From contig NGBS01000583.1 of the NCBI GenBank assembly GCA_002245135.1, forward strand, positions 248,001 through 312,000: a DNA stretch of 64,000 nucleotides, given 5' to 3'. Below the pieces are notes generated by a model. It worked only from the letters and a program-made list of their open reading frames with translations, was not told where the DNA came from and made no database searches. Shown piece by piece: positions 39,706-50,981 of the stretch. A program made the translations under genes and the position numbers. The stretch comes from Proteromonas lacertae (lineage: Eukaryota). Positions within the stretch are counted from its first letter, which is position 1, and each line of letters begins with the position of its first letter.

Positions 39706-40671
39706 TTACATAACTGGAACATGAACTCTTTCAGCAACTCTACATTGGTTAATTCCACCAACAAGTCTGAAGTATCCATCTTCACCCCATCCTTTGCCCC
39801 AGGAATTTTGGATCTTAATATATTTCTTTCCTTCTTCTTCACCATAACCAACAGCCAAAACACCATGATCAATATCTCCCCAACAATCAGCATCAAATAT
39901 ACCTTTAGTATAAAACATTATACTACCTCCATAAATACCAACAGAAACAGGTTGTTTACTCAATATTTGTAATAATGACTCTTCATGACCATCAGTTTGA
40001 AAATGGGATGATATTTTAGCATAAGGAACTGGTGAACATGTTTTCTTACATTCTTGATCTTTTGCTACATATGGATAATCTTCTTCAGAACAAATACCAT
40101 TATCTACAACATAATCCATAACATGATCTCTCAAACCACCTCTACAACCATGATTACCATAATCTCCAGAACAATCAACAATTTGTTGAGCTGATAATTT
40201 AACTAGCTTTGTTGTATTTATTGCTACAACACTTTCTATAGCAGCTACACCACTGAATGCATAGCAAGCACCACACATACCTTGATCTATTACCTCATTC
40301 ACAACTCCTTTCTTTGTCCAATCAACAGAATCTGGAATTGGTTCGCGAGGTAAATATCTTACTGGAACTCTATGACTTGGTTGAGATAGTTCACCAAAGA
40401 TTAATCTCGATGTTCTGAATTCTTCTGGTGTCATATCAGTGAATTTGTTAATACCAGCAGTCCATGAAGATTTTTGTCTATTATGAGCATCAATTGTATC
40501 TAAATTCTTAGCAAACACATTCAATCTATAGATATACTCATCAACAGAGGAGTATTCTTTGTGAAATGTTCTTCTGAACACTTCAAAGTTTCTTTCATAA
40601 TATTCCCTTGCTCTGAGGTTAGATGCAAGAGTTACAGACAATAAAGCAACGAGTAGCAGCAGAATTTTCAT
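39706..40671 (-). CDS. Papain-family (C1A) cathepsin L-like cysteine protease 1, intronless
   Basis: Signal peptide, ERFNIN/GNFD-like propeptide, QGMCGACYAFS, DHGVLAVGYG, QNSWG. Confidence 0.95.
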   Translation of the reverse strand: MKILLLLVALLSVTLASNLRAREYYERNFEVFRRTFHKEYSSVDEYIYRLNVFAKNLDTIDAHNRQKSSWTAGINKFTDMTPEEFRTSRLIFGELSQPSHRVPVRYLPREPIPDSVDWTKKGVVNEVIDQGMCGACYAFSGVAAIESVVAINTTKLVKLSAQQIVDCSGDYGNHGCRGGLRDHVMDYVVDNGICSEEDYPYVAKDQECKKTCSPVPYAKISSHFQTDGHEESLLQILSKQPVSVGIYGGSIMFYTKGIFDADCWGDIDHGVLAVGYGEEEGKKYIKIQNSWGKGWGEDGYFRLVGGINQCRVAERVHVPVM

Positions 40672-40797
40672 TTTTAATAAATTGTATTTCAAGCCCAATT
40701 CAAAATGCTTGAAATATTTATGACCGTTTCATGATTTTCGATAAATTCTCAAATACCCCCAAAACAAAAACAACAAATTCCCAATTACATAATCAAT

Positions 40798-41787
40798 TTA
40801 CATAGTTGGAACATGAACTCTTTCAGCAACACGACATAAACCTCCCTTTCTTACATCTCTAGCAAAACGAATATATCCATGTTCACCCCAAGTATCACCC
40901 CATGAGTTTTGGATTTTGAAGTATTTCTTACCATCTTCTTCACCATAACCTACAGCTAATACACCATGGTTAATTCCATAAGCACCACAATCTTCATCAT
41001 CGAAAATACCACTTACATAGAATTGAATGCCAGCTCCATCAATACCAACGGATGGTGGTTGAACAGCTAAAACTTTCTCTAATTGATCTTCTTCTGGTTT
41101 AATTGTGTAATGACCAGCTAATTTAGCATATGTAACTTTCTTGCATGTCTTTTCACAAGCTCCTTCTTTACCAGTGTATGGATAATCATCGGCTTTACAG
41201 ATACCATTATCAATGACATAATCCATAACTTGATCTCTTAAACCTCCACCACATCCTTCATTACCATAATCATTTGAACAATCAACGATTTCTTGTACTG
41301 ATAATGTTTGTAAGGTTGTTGTATTAATTGCGAAGATACTTTCAATTGCTGAAATACCACTGAAGGCATAACATGATCCACAACTTCCTTGATCTTTTAC
41401 ATCAGCAACAACTCCTTTTGTTGTCCAATCAACGGATGCTGGAGCTCTGTTGTATAAATACTTTACTGGTGTATTCTTTAATGAGTCTTTACTTTTTTCA
41501 CCTAAATGTAACTTTGATGCCATAAATTCTTCAGGTGAAATATCAGCGAACTTGTTAACTCCCATCTTCCAACTTTTTGAGAGTTTGTTGTGTTTTTCAA
41601 TAGTATCAAGGTTGTTAGCGAATATATTTAATCTGTAAATATATTCATCAGCTGTAGAATAGTCTTTGTTCATTGATCTTCTGTACTGTTCAAAAGCTCT
41701 TTCATAATAGACTCTGTTACGAAGGTTAGCAGCACTTACAGAAGCAATAATACAGATAGCAGCTAATATAGCAAAGATAGACTTCAT
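40798..41787 (-). CDS. Papain-family (C1A) cathepsin L-like cysteine protease 2, intronless tandem paralog
   Basis: Signal peptide, I29-like propeptide, QGSCGSCYAFS, NHGVLAVGYG, QNSWG. Confidence 0.95.
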   Translation of the reverse strand: MKSIFAILAAICIIASVSAANLRNRVYYERAFEQYRRSMNKDYSTADEYIYRLNIFANNLDTIEKHNKLSKSWKMGVNKFADISPEEFMASKLHLGEKSKDSLKNTPVKYLYNRAPASVDWTTKGVVADVKDQGSCGSCYAFSGISAIESIFAINTTTLQTLSVQEIVDCSNDYGNEGCGGGLRDQVMDYVIDNGICKADDYPYTGKEGACEKTCKKVTYAKLAGHYTIKPEEDQLEKVLAVQPPSVGIDGAGIQFYVSGIFDDEDCGAYGINHGVLAVGYGEEDGKKYFKIQNSWGDTWGEHGYIRFARDVRKGGLCRVAERVHVPTM

Positions 41788-42074
41788 TTTAAATCTGAAG
41801 AACTGTGTCTCAAACTAGTTTGATAATTTTGAAATGACGAACCATCATTTCAAGCCTATTAGTTTGAGTTAAAACTTTCTTTCTTATTTTTCTCTTCATA
41901 TAGGAAGTATTTAAAGAATATACATACCAATACTTGATAATTTATAGTAAACAAAAAAATTTATTCTATGTAATTAGTTATATAATTGAAAGATTAAAAA
42001 ATAATACTCTAATTATACTCATTATAATTGTTGTATGTAATGAAATTGACTTTGTTTTTATAAATTAATTTAGA

Positions 42075-42640
42075 ATGTTTAATCTATGAATTATTCCAAA
42101 CACTTCAACCACATAGTCCTTATACAAAGTCACTGAAAATTGATCCTTTATTTATTAGTCGAAGTGATGTGTTAGTTGAAGATAATGATTATGATATGAA
42201 GAAGAAAGAACAATTATTAAATCGTCCACAAGAACATATTCAACATATAATAAAGATATTAGGAAGTCCAAGAGAAGAAGATATCTCTTTTATTAATGAT
42301 GAACACTTGAAGAACTTCTTTCGAACCCTTCCTAAATTGCCTCCAATTGATTGGAAGCGTAAATTATCCTTTTTGAAAGGTGAAGAAGTAAATGAAGGAA
42401 TAGATTTGATGATGAAATGTTTGTCTTTTAATCCATCTAATCGTATAAGTGTAAGTGAAGCATTAGAACATCCTTATTTGAAAGAAGTAAGAGATCCAAA
42501 TTTAGAGATTGAATATGATGGTTGTTTTCAATTTTGATTATGAAAAATGGAGAGAATGGAAAGAATTGAGTGACCAAGAGATCTTTCAGAGGTTTATAGA
42601 TGAAACAAAAATTGAAATTGAGGATATTAGTTTTAATTAA
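42075..42640 (+). pseudogene. Headless 3' fragment of kinase A (right arm of the inverted repeat) with an alternative C-terminal tail
   Basis: 42075-42571 is near-identical to the reverse complement of 28556-29051; it continues as DQEIFQRFIDETKIEIEDISFN* to 42640; no N-lobe coding sequence upstream. Confidence 0.85.
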
Positions 42641-42704
42641 CAAGATATATTACATTTTAATATTTTAGGTTTTTTGAAAATTTTCGTACCACCAAATATC
42701 AAAA

Positions 42705-43846
42705 ATGGCAAAAACATACGATAGAAAATATGTTACAGCTCTTGGTGGTAAAAATATAACTAAATTGAATGACAATATCAATAATCTTATTGAATATTTA
42801 TCAACAAATCCTCATCCATCGAATGTATGTCATAATGATATATTTGAAATAGTTCGATGATGAAGATGCTGGAGAAGTGGTAATTAGCATTTTGGATGGG
42901 TTAGAAAAATTGAAAACAATAAAGTGTCAAGATTTATGTAAAATATATTCATTTCTATATAAAATAATTGATAATATGAAAATAAATGTTATAAGCAAAG
43001 ATGATATTGAAAGATATGTTGTAGTCTTAAAAGATCAAGAAAAAAGTATTTGTTGTAAGAATGTATAGTTAATCTATAACTCCACTAGTTCGAAAATTAT
43101 CTGAAATGTTTAAGTAATTCAATTGAAGCTTTGGAAACTAGAACAAGGAATAGACAAATATTAAATTGTATATTGAGTGTATTTTATATTGTTTAATAGA
43201 TGTGTTTTATCTTTTTCCTATATTGATATTACTATTATTTGACTATAGAGCCATTTATATTCCACTTTTATTTATTCCATTTAAATATCTAACTCAAGCA
43301 TTATTAAAAACAAGCAAAACTCATGAAGATGAATTTGATGATTATAAATGCAATAAAATACACGAATTAAAATACCCAGAAAGAAAATATCAAGAGCCAA
43401 TTCATATAATAACTGATGACAATCTGAAATCTATAGAATTAGATAGAAAAGTAAATGAAATGAAAGAAAATGAAGAAATAATCAATCCAAGTATAAATAG
43501 TGAAACATTAACAACTATTCATGAAGAAGAAGAAGAAGAAGAAGTAAAACCAAACGTTTCATCGAAATTAAATATTAATGTTCAATTTTATGATGATTCT
43601 AATGATAAATCTGATCCAACAGAAATTCTAACCAAAACATTATTGCAAATATCACAAAATAAACAAAACTCAGTATAAATTCTATTATATATTTATAAAT
43701 AGGATGTTCCTTTAGTGATACCTGTTAGTTTGGAAGAGAATTTGATTGAATTGATTAACATACTAGAAGAAAATGATCCAGAAGCAGAAACTTTGAAAAT
43801 GTGTAAAGATGGTTTAGAAGTCTTACATAAACTTAAATCAAAATAA
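42705..43846 (+). CDS. Hypothetical protein with internal hydrophobic segment
   Basis: ATG at 42705; about 4 small GT-AG introns link ORFs 42877 and 43166 and a last exon ending KLKSK*. Confidence 0.55.
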
Positions 43847-43934
43847 TATTTTAACAATAATTATGAATTTTATTATTTTTAACAACCAATATAAACATAT
43901 TAAAAATAAAATTGAAATAAAACAGTCATAACCT

Positions 43935-44348
43935 TTATTTTGCTTCTGCTTGAGGAGTAGTATAACAGAATGAAATATAAACGTATATTATCAAACAAAT
44001 TACACAACATATACCAGCAAGGAAAGAATAACCATAACCTGATCCTACGAAGATGAAACACATGACAAAGTAACAAACGGCTCTCATAAAAGCACTAGAA
44101 CAGCATGAAAGACAACTTTTGACAGGATTTAAGCAAGAGAATGGTAATATTTCTGGTGCTTCTAAACAACCAATGAAAATAGCTAATGCTAGATCAGCTA
44201 AGAAGACTAACACACTTTCCCAACTTGGACGACTGATGGCCAAGATAGCACACAAGATATAAACAAGACAGGTAATTATACCACATGCATGGGCTACACA
44301 CCATAAATTCTAAAATATAAAAGCAAAAATATATACAACTGTTGCCAT
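43935..44348 (-). CDS. Small multipass membrane protein, TVP18/Flower-like, copy 1
   Basis: Hydrophobic helices, LEAPEILPF..MRAVCY; intron after codon 4. Confidence 0.6.
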
Positions 44349-44512
44349 TAGCTAAAGATATTTCAAATGTTTTATAGTTGTATTGTGTTTTTAAAATAGA
44401 TTCGTTTCAAAAGCATTGTTTTTTGCAGTTTGTATAAAGTTTCAATAATATGCAAAACAGTTATATATTTAATCAATGAATATTAAATATGTAAGTTATA
44501 AACATAGCAAAG

Positions 44513-44955
44513 TTAAACATCAGCCATAATTGACTTTCCATTATTATCATCAGCTACACCTCTATTGCAAAATGCTATAAAGCCATATATCAACATTTCA
44601 ATTGTAACACAAATTGGAGCAATGAAACTATAACCAAATGGCGATCCAGCATATGAAATACAAAAAACCATATAAATTACAAACCTCATGCAAGGCCCTT
44701 CTACACAACTTAAGCAGTCTTTTATAACAAGAAAACAGCCAAAAGGGAGTAATTCTGGTAATTCAAGTAAAGCTACAACAATAAAAAACACTGAATTCGT
44801 CATAAACATGATAACATGTTGCCAATCTGATCCTTCTAATAAGCATAATACAGCACAGAGTAAATAAGTCAATGAAGTTATTATACCCCACACATGTGCT
44901 ACACATATAACATTCTAATAGAATATAACATTATTAAGCATACTATCTTAGGCAT
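44513..44955 (-). CDS. Small multipass membrane protein, TVP18/Flower-like, copy 2
   Basis: LELPELLPF..MRFVIY; intron after codon 4. Confidence 0.6.
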
Positions 44956-45159
44956 TCTACTTTTGTGAAGTGAAAATGAGTATGGCAATGAATAAATAGA
45001 AAATATCTTTATTTTTTGCCTCGATTTCAAAATAGAATTGATAGATATTTTTTCTTCTTTTTATTCAAAGAAGGTTATTATGATTCTAAATTTATTTTAT
45101 AAATCAATCTAACAAATACATTAAATAATATAGAATATGAACATGAATAAAAGTATGAT

Positions 45160-45582
45160 TTAAACTTTTGCTCCTGTTGATTGAGAACTGCTACCTCCTC
45201 CACAAAATGCACAGTAAGCGTAAATAAGCATTTGGATTACAACTAATACACTCACAATCCAACTATAACCTACACCTGAACCTATGAAAGTTAAACACAA
45301 CACTAAGTAGAATATGAAATGAGCTAAAGCAGATTCCATGAATGATAAGCAACTCTTAAGGGAATTTAAGAATCCAAATGGTAAAACCTCTGGTGCCTCT
45401 AATACAAACACGAGTATGCCAAGAATTATGTTAATTAAGAACATTACTACATGATCCCATGCTCCTCCTGTTGCAATTGACATTATACCACAAATTAAAT
45501 ACATAAGGCCAATTACAATGCCAAATGCATGAGCAAAACACATCATATCCTATTTTGAAATAATAGAAATACGTGATACCAT
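45160..45582 (-). CDS. Small multipass membrane protein, TVP18/Flower-like, copy 3
   Basis: LEAPEVLPF..AHFIFY; first exon codes ATG only, intron 45550-45579. Confidence 0.6.
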
Positions 45583-45759
45583 TTTTATTGAAGTTTTAAA
45601 AGAAGAAAAACAAAAGAAGAAATCGAAGAATAGTTTGTTTTTTGTGTTTTAAATAATTTTACCAACCCATGAATTATCATTTATATCATTAAATAACCAA
45701 TAAATAAAATAAAATACATACATGTTATCACTCTATTTCTATTAAATTACTTCTAATAA

Positions 45760-47367
45760 TTAAAAATCAATGTTATTCTTCCAATTGAAGTATGCACAAT
45801 AACTCTATCACATTATAGATATAATATATATACTTGACTGTAGTAATAGTATGAAACTTCATCTTTTCCATTTTTTATTTCATTTTCTGTTAATTTGTAA
45901 TGAACCGAAACTTTCTCTATAATATCTGATGGTTCGAATATAGAAATTGATTGTCTACAAATATTACATCCTAATAACAACTCTTTATCATCTCTTTCAT
46001 TTAATAAAGGATTTAAAGAATTATTGGAATAAAACAATATACATCTAAACTTTATCTCATCATGTTGATTGAATATAGAAAGTATTTTACCAATATAAAA
46101 AACATCACTGATAGAGGAACTTAATTTAACTGTATCACCAATTTTATAAACAATTTCATTACAATCGAAATTGTCTTTTAATATATTCTTTTGTTCTTCC
46201 TTTTGTTTCACAATCTTTGTACAATTAGGACAATACCATTTCACATCTTCATCAGGTATTGATGTTAATGGTGGATTTAGACAATACATATGATATCCTT
46301 CAAAACAATTATCACATTCTAACATTGTATCACCACTATCAAAACCTCTACAAATTTGACACATATACTCTTCCTAATAATTATAATAAATATATTAATC
46401 TATACTGGTTCATCAAATAATATATTCCATTCATTCAATGATTTAGCTTGCTTACCTCCATCTTTTATACACTCAGGAGTATTACCATGTAAAGGGCAAT
46501 AAAAACACCAACTGTTGTTATTATTGCCTGTGAAATAACATCCTGCTTTCATTGAACAATAATAATGAAAATTATTAAAACATTTCTTTGTTGGACAACC
46601 TAATGTAGCTCCTGTTTGATGACAGTATGTACATTTCTAATAAATAAATACTATAATATATATATATACTAAATCTTTGAATTGTTTTGTATTAATTACT
46701 TTTTTGATTAAATCTTTTAATGGAGTTTTCCCATCAAAATATATTTCTGGTGTTGATAATAGACAGTAATAATGTGCATAATATTCTATTCCTTTATGAG
46801 TATATACATATATTAACACTCCTTCATTGTTTTTACCATCACCACATTCATGACAGAATAAACATTGGATTTTCTTATATTTATTCTCTTCTATTTGATT
46901 CTCTGAGTTAGTAGTTGCTTCTTCATTATTATTATCTTCTTGTTTATCCTCTTCTGTTCTTCCTTCTATCAAATACCTTATTTGGACTTTCTTATTTTGA
47001 TTTTGTTGAGAATCTTCAAACATAAATTCTAAATCATTCTAAAAAAGAAAATACCATTTTCATACTTGATCTATTAAATTCATTGTCTCTCCCCAAGATA
47101 ATTTGCAGTAAGGAATAATCTGCAATCCCAAACTTAATGCCTAATATATACTATTGCTCTGATTAATACATTTATTATGCTTTTGTGCTCAAATTCTTTA
47201 AACAAAAAGTGATATAATCTTTTGATTTCGTCATTTCCTTCAGACTTCTCATAATCCTTTTCTAATAATTCATTATCTTCTATTGATTGAATTGTAAATA
47301 CATTATTTGACATGAAAACTGAAATTTTAATAATTTGGGGTTCAAAAAAATATTTTATAAACACCAT
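45760..47367 (-). CDS. Chromatin reader with extended PHD, PHD finger and BAH-like domain
   Basis: CLFC..AHYYCLL..CTYCHQTGATLGC..C..FH..YCPLH; CQICRG..MLECDNCFEGYHMYCLNPPL..WYCPNC; YKIGDTVKL..FYIGKILSI. Confidence 0.8.
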
Positions 47368-47425
47368 TTCGATAAAAAGAAAATAAACAAAGACAGAATA
47401 AGAAAAAATGAATCATTCAACTTAA

Positions 47426-49128
47426 TTACTGCTGTATTTGATTTTGTTTTTTACCAGTATCAATAGCTTCTTTTAATTTCTTTAGTATTTCTTTATTATC
47501 TGGTTCAAATTGTGTTGCATCGAAAAAGGATTGAGCTGCATTTACATAATCCTTCAAATCCATATATATTTCACCTTTTCTATAGTGAGATTTAGCCCAT
47601 TTTGGATTTAATTTTATAGATTCTTCAATATCCTTTAAACCTTCATCATATTTCTTTATCAATCTATATGAAAGCGCTCTATTAGCAAATAAACTATTTA
47701 TGCAATAAAATAACAAAAATAATACATACATTTCACTATATGGGTTAATTTGTATAGCCTCAGTGTATAATTTAATAGCAGCATCATAATCTTTCTTAAC
47801 AAATGCAATATTACCCTGTTTCTTTAAATCTTCTGCTTTACTCTCCTCTTCTGGTGAAACATGTGGTTTTTGTTTTTCAACTTTTTCATCACTCCAAATA
47901 CCTAATTCCATTTGTTCATTTATTAATTCATCAAATAATTTATCTTCTTCTTCTTCTTTATTTTTATTGGTTAATTCTGTATATGGTAATAATAGTTTCA
48001 TTATCTCTTTATTCTTTCTTCCAGCTGCGAAATGAATTGGTTTTAATTTATGTTCAGTTGTTTCTATATTACATAATTCCTTGATATTGGATTGATTTAA
48101 GAATAATTTAATTCCTTCAAGATTACAGGCATCACATAGTATGTGGAGTGGAGTAACATTGTCATCTAAACATAACTAATAAATCAGTATAAATAAATAA
48201 ATATATTATTATATAAAATACTGTTAAGTCTGGTTTTACATTTAATAACAACTCAATTTCTTTTACATTTCCACTTACACATGCAAATATAATTGGCGTA
48301 CATTTATTATTATCTTTCAAATTCACATTTACTGGTATTGATAATAAATATTTCATAATTTCATATTGATTTGATTCTAAAGCGAAATGTAAAGGTGTTC
48401 CAATTAAACTATTCTCATTATAATCGAATTTCTTCTCCTCTATTAAATATTTCACTATTTCTAACTTATCACTAGAACAAGCATAATGTAATAATGATGA
48501 ATTATTGATTTTATCGTGTAATTGAATATCTGCATGATGACTTATTAAATAATGAAAAAGCTCTGAATTGTGGTTATTGAATACTAAAAATATGGGGGTT
48601 AAACCGTTATCATCTTGTAAGTTTACTGATTTTGGTGCTCGGTGTACTATAAACTTTGCTGCTGCTAGTTTATCGGCTTGAACTATGAAATGTAAAGCAC
48701 ATCTTCCATTTCCATCTCTTATATTCATTATAAACTATTTTAAAATAATAATTTATAAACATACATCTTCTTCACTTTTTGCTTCTTTACTTTGCATATA
48801 CACTTTCAACAATTTTTCAATCTTTTCAGTATCTCCTTCTATTGAAATATACTTAATGTAATACCTGTACAACAATTAATCCAGTCAACTACTTTCTGCT
48901 GCTCTCTACGCATTGTCGAGTGTTTATCACTGTCATCAACAGTAGGATTTGGCTAAAAATGCATAAAACAATGATTCATACAAACATGTTTTGTCCACTG
49001 CATTTAGTCTTCGCTCCACACAATCCACAAGCTTCACATTTACTACACCATTTGACATTAGGTTTGTGGCAATCTGTACAAATAGAAGGTTTATCTTCTA
49101 AAACCCAATTATGCTCATTCTTCCCCAT
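47426..49128 (-). CDS. Ankyrin-repeat plus TPR protein with Cys-rich N-terminal module
   Basis: GRCALHF, GLTPIF and GTPLHFA ankyrin repeats; AEDLKKQGNIAF..YTEAI..WAKSHYRKG TPRs; first exon HNW..CTDC..CSKCEACGLC..C. Confidence 0.8.
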
Positions 49129-49159
49129 TTTCGAGATTGAATTTTATATTAATCAAACC

Positions 49160-49170
49160 TCAAGGCTTGA
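49160..49170. promoter_or_regulatory. Candidate promoter element GGCTTGA (here inside the palindrome TCAAG-G-CTTGA) in an 82-bp bidirectional gap
   Basis: The same heptamer lies within about 75 nt of start codons at 20654, 36610, 40689, 41850 and 62257. Confidence 0.5.
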
Positions 49171-49210
49171 TCCCATTTACTCGAATCGTTATTTTTTATT
49201 AATTATCGAA

Positions 49211-50865
49211 ATGAATCAATTAAGAGGTGGACATATTACGTATTTATTCTAATTCTTATTTTATTTTATAGACTTGATACTGTTCTTCAACCCTGTAGTA
49301 TAGAAGATAGAAAAACAAAGATTGTTGCTACTGTTGGACCTGCATCCAACTCTGTAGAGATGTTGTCAAAACTTATCGACGCTGGTGTCAACTGTGTACG
49401 TTTGAATTTCTCTCATGGCACTCACGAAGTATGTTTTTTTATAATTGATCATGAATATAGAGTCATGCAAAAGTTTTAGCAAATTTAACAGCTGCTATGA
49501 AAGAACATCCTCATAAACATGTATGAGATAACCCAATATTCGTAATTTTAAATAGATTGCTGTAATGCTTGATACTAAAGGACCAGAAATCCGTACAGGT
49601 TATTTAGTGAAGAGTCCAATAACAATAAAGAAGGGATCAATCGTTGAGTTAACAACAGATTATGAATTCAAAGGTAATGAAAAGAAAATAGCCATTAGTT
49701 ACAAGTCATTACCAAAATCAGTAAAAGTGGGTCAAAATATTTTAATTGCTGATGGTTCATTAGTTATGAAAGTAACTGAAATCTTACCTGATGGAGTGAA
49801 ATGTGAAGCTCAGAATGAAGCCAGTATTGGTGAAACTAAGAATTGCAATTTACCAGGTGTACATGTTGATTTACCTGTTGCTACTGAAAGAGATATTAAC
49901 GATTTACAGAAATTCGGAATTGCTCACAATGTTGATTATATAGCTGCATCATTTATTAGAAAACCAGAAGATATAGATCAATTACGTAAAATATTAGGTC
50001 CAAGAGGTAGACAAATCAAAATCATAGCAAAAATTGAAAATCAAGAAGGTTTAGAGAATTATGATGAAATTTTAAAGAAAACAGATGGTATTATGGTAGC
50101 TAGAGGTGATATGGGTATGGAAATCCCACCAGAAAAAGTATTTTTAGCTCAAAAGATGATGATTCGTAAAGCCAACTTAGTAGGTAAACCAGTTATTACA
50201 GCCACTCAGATGTTAGAAAGTATGATAACTCATCCAAGACCAACACGTGCAGAAGCATCTGATGTAGCTAATGCTGTATTAGATGGCAGTGATTGTGTTA
50301 TGTTGTCAGGTGAATCAGCTAATGGACAATATCCAATTGAAGCTGTTAGTATTATGGCTAGAATTGTATGTGAAGCTGAGAATACTATTAATTATGATCA
50401 TTTATATACAGCTATTCGTAATTCATCCTTAGCTGAAACTGGTCAATTGAGTATTGCTGAATCTATTGCTTCATCTGCTGTTAAATCTGCTTTAGATGTG
50501 AAAGCAAAGATAATTATTGTGTTAACTGAAACTGGTAGAACTGCTCAGTGTGTTGCAAAGTATAGACCACCAATGAGAATGGTTGTATTAACACCAAGTG
50601 AATCTACTGCAAGACAATGTGAAGGTTATATTAGAGGTGCTACTACTCGTGTTGTATATATATTATTTTATATTTATATCTTATATATCTTACATAGACT
50701 GGATCTATGATTGGAAGTGCCAGTTTGGTTGAGAATACTGGTTTCTGGTGTAAAGAACAAGGCTGGTGTGATACTGGTGATAACATTGTTGCTGTTTATG
50801 GCATGAAAGAAGCAATCAGTGGAATGACAGATACAGTTAAAATTTTCACTCTTCCAGCAAATTAA
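49211..50865 (+). CDS. PYK: Pyruvate kinase
   Basis: [65 protein letters not shown]; 4 small introns. Confidence 0.97.
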
Positions 50866-50981
50866 ATATATTATCTATTCTTTTGTTGAATTGCCTATAG
50901 TAATATGGGGGTTGTATGAGTTTAACTGAAAAATAAAAAAAATCTTTGTTCAAATGTTTGACCAGGTTTGATACTTTTGAA

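Noticed and set aside
28556..42571. Inverted repeats as transposon termini
   Set aside because: The arms are kinase coding sequence, and no transposase or recombinase is recognisable between them.
42705..42930. Similarity of this N-terminus to the FYVE paralog N-termini (F..DDA..V..I)
   Set aside because: Too few matching residues to support homology by eye.
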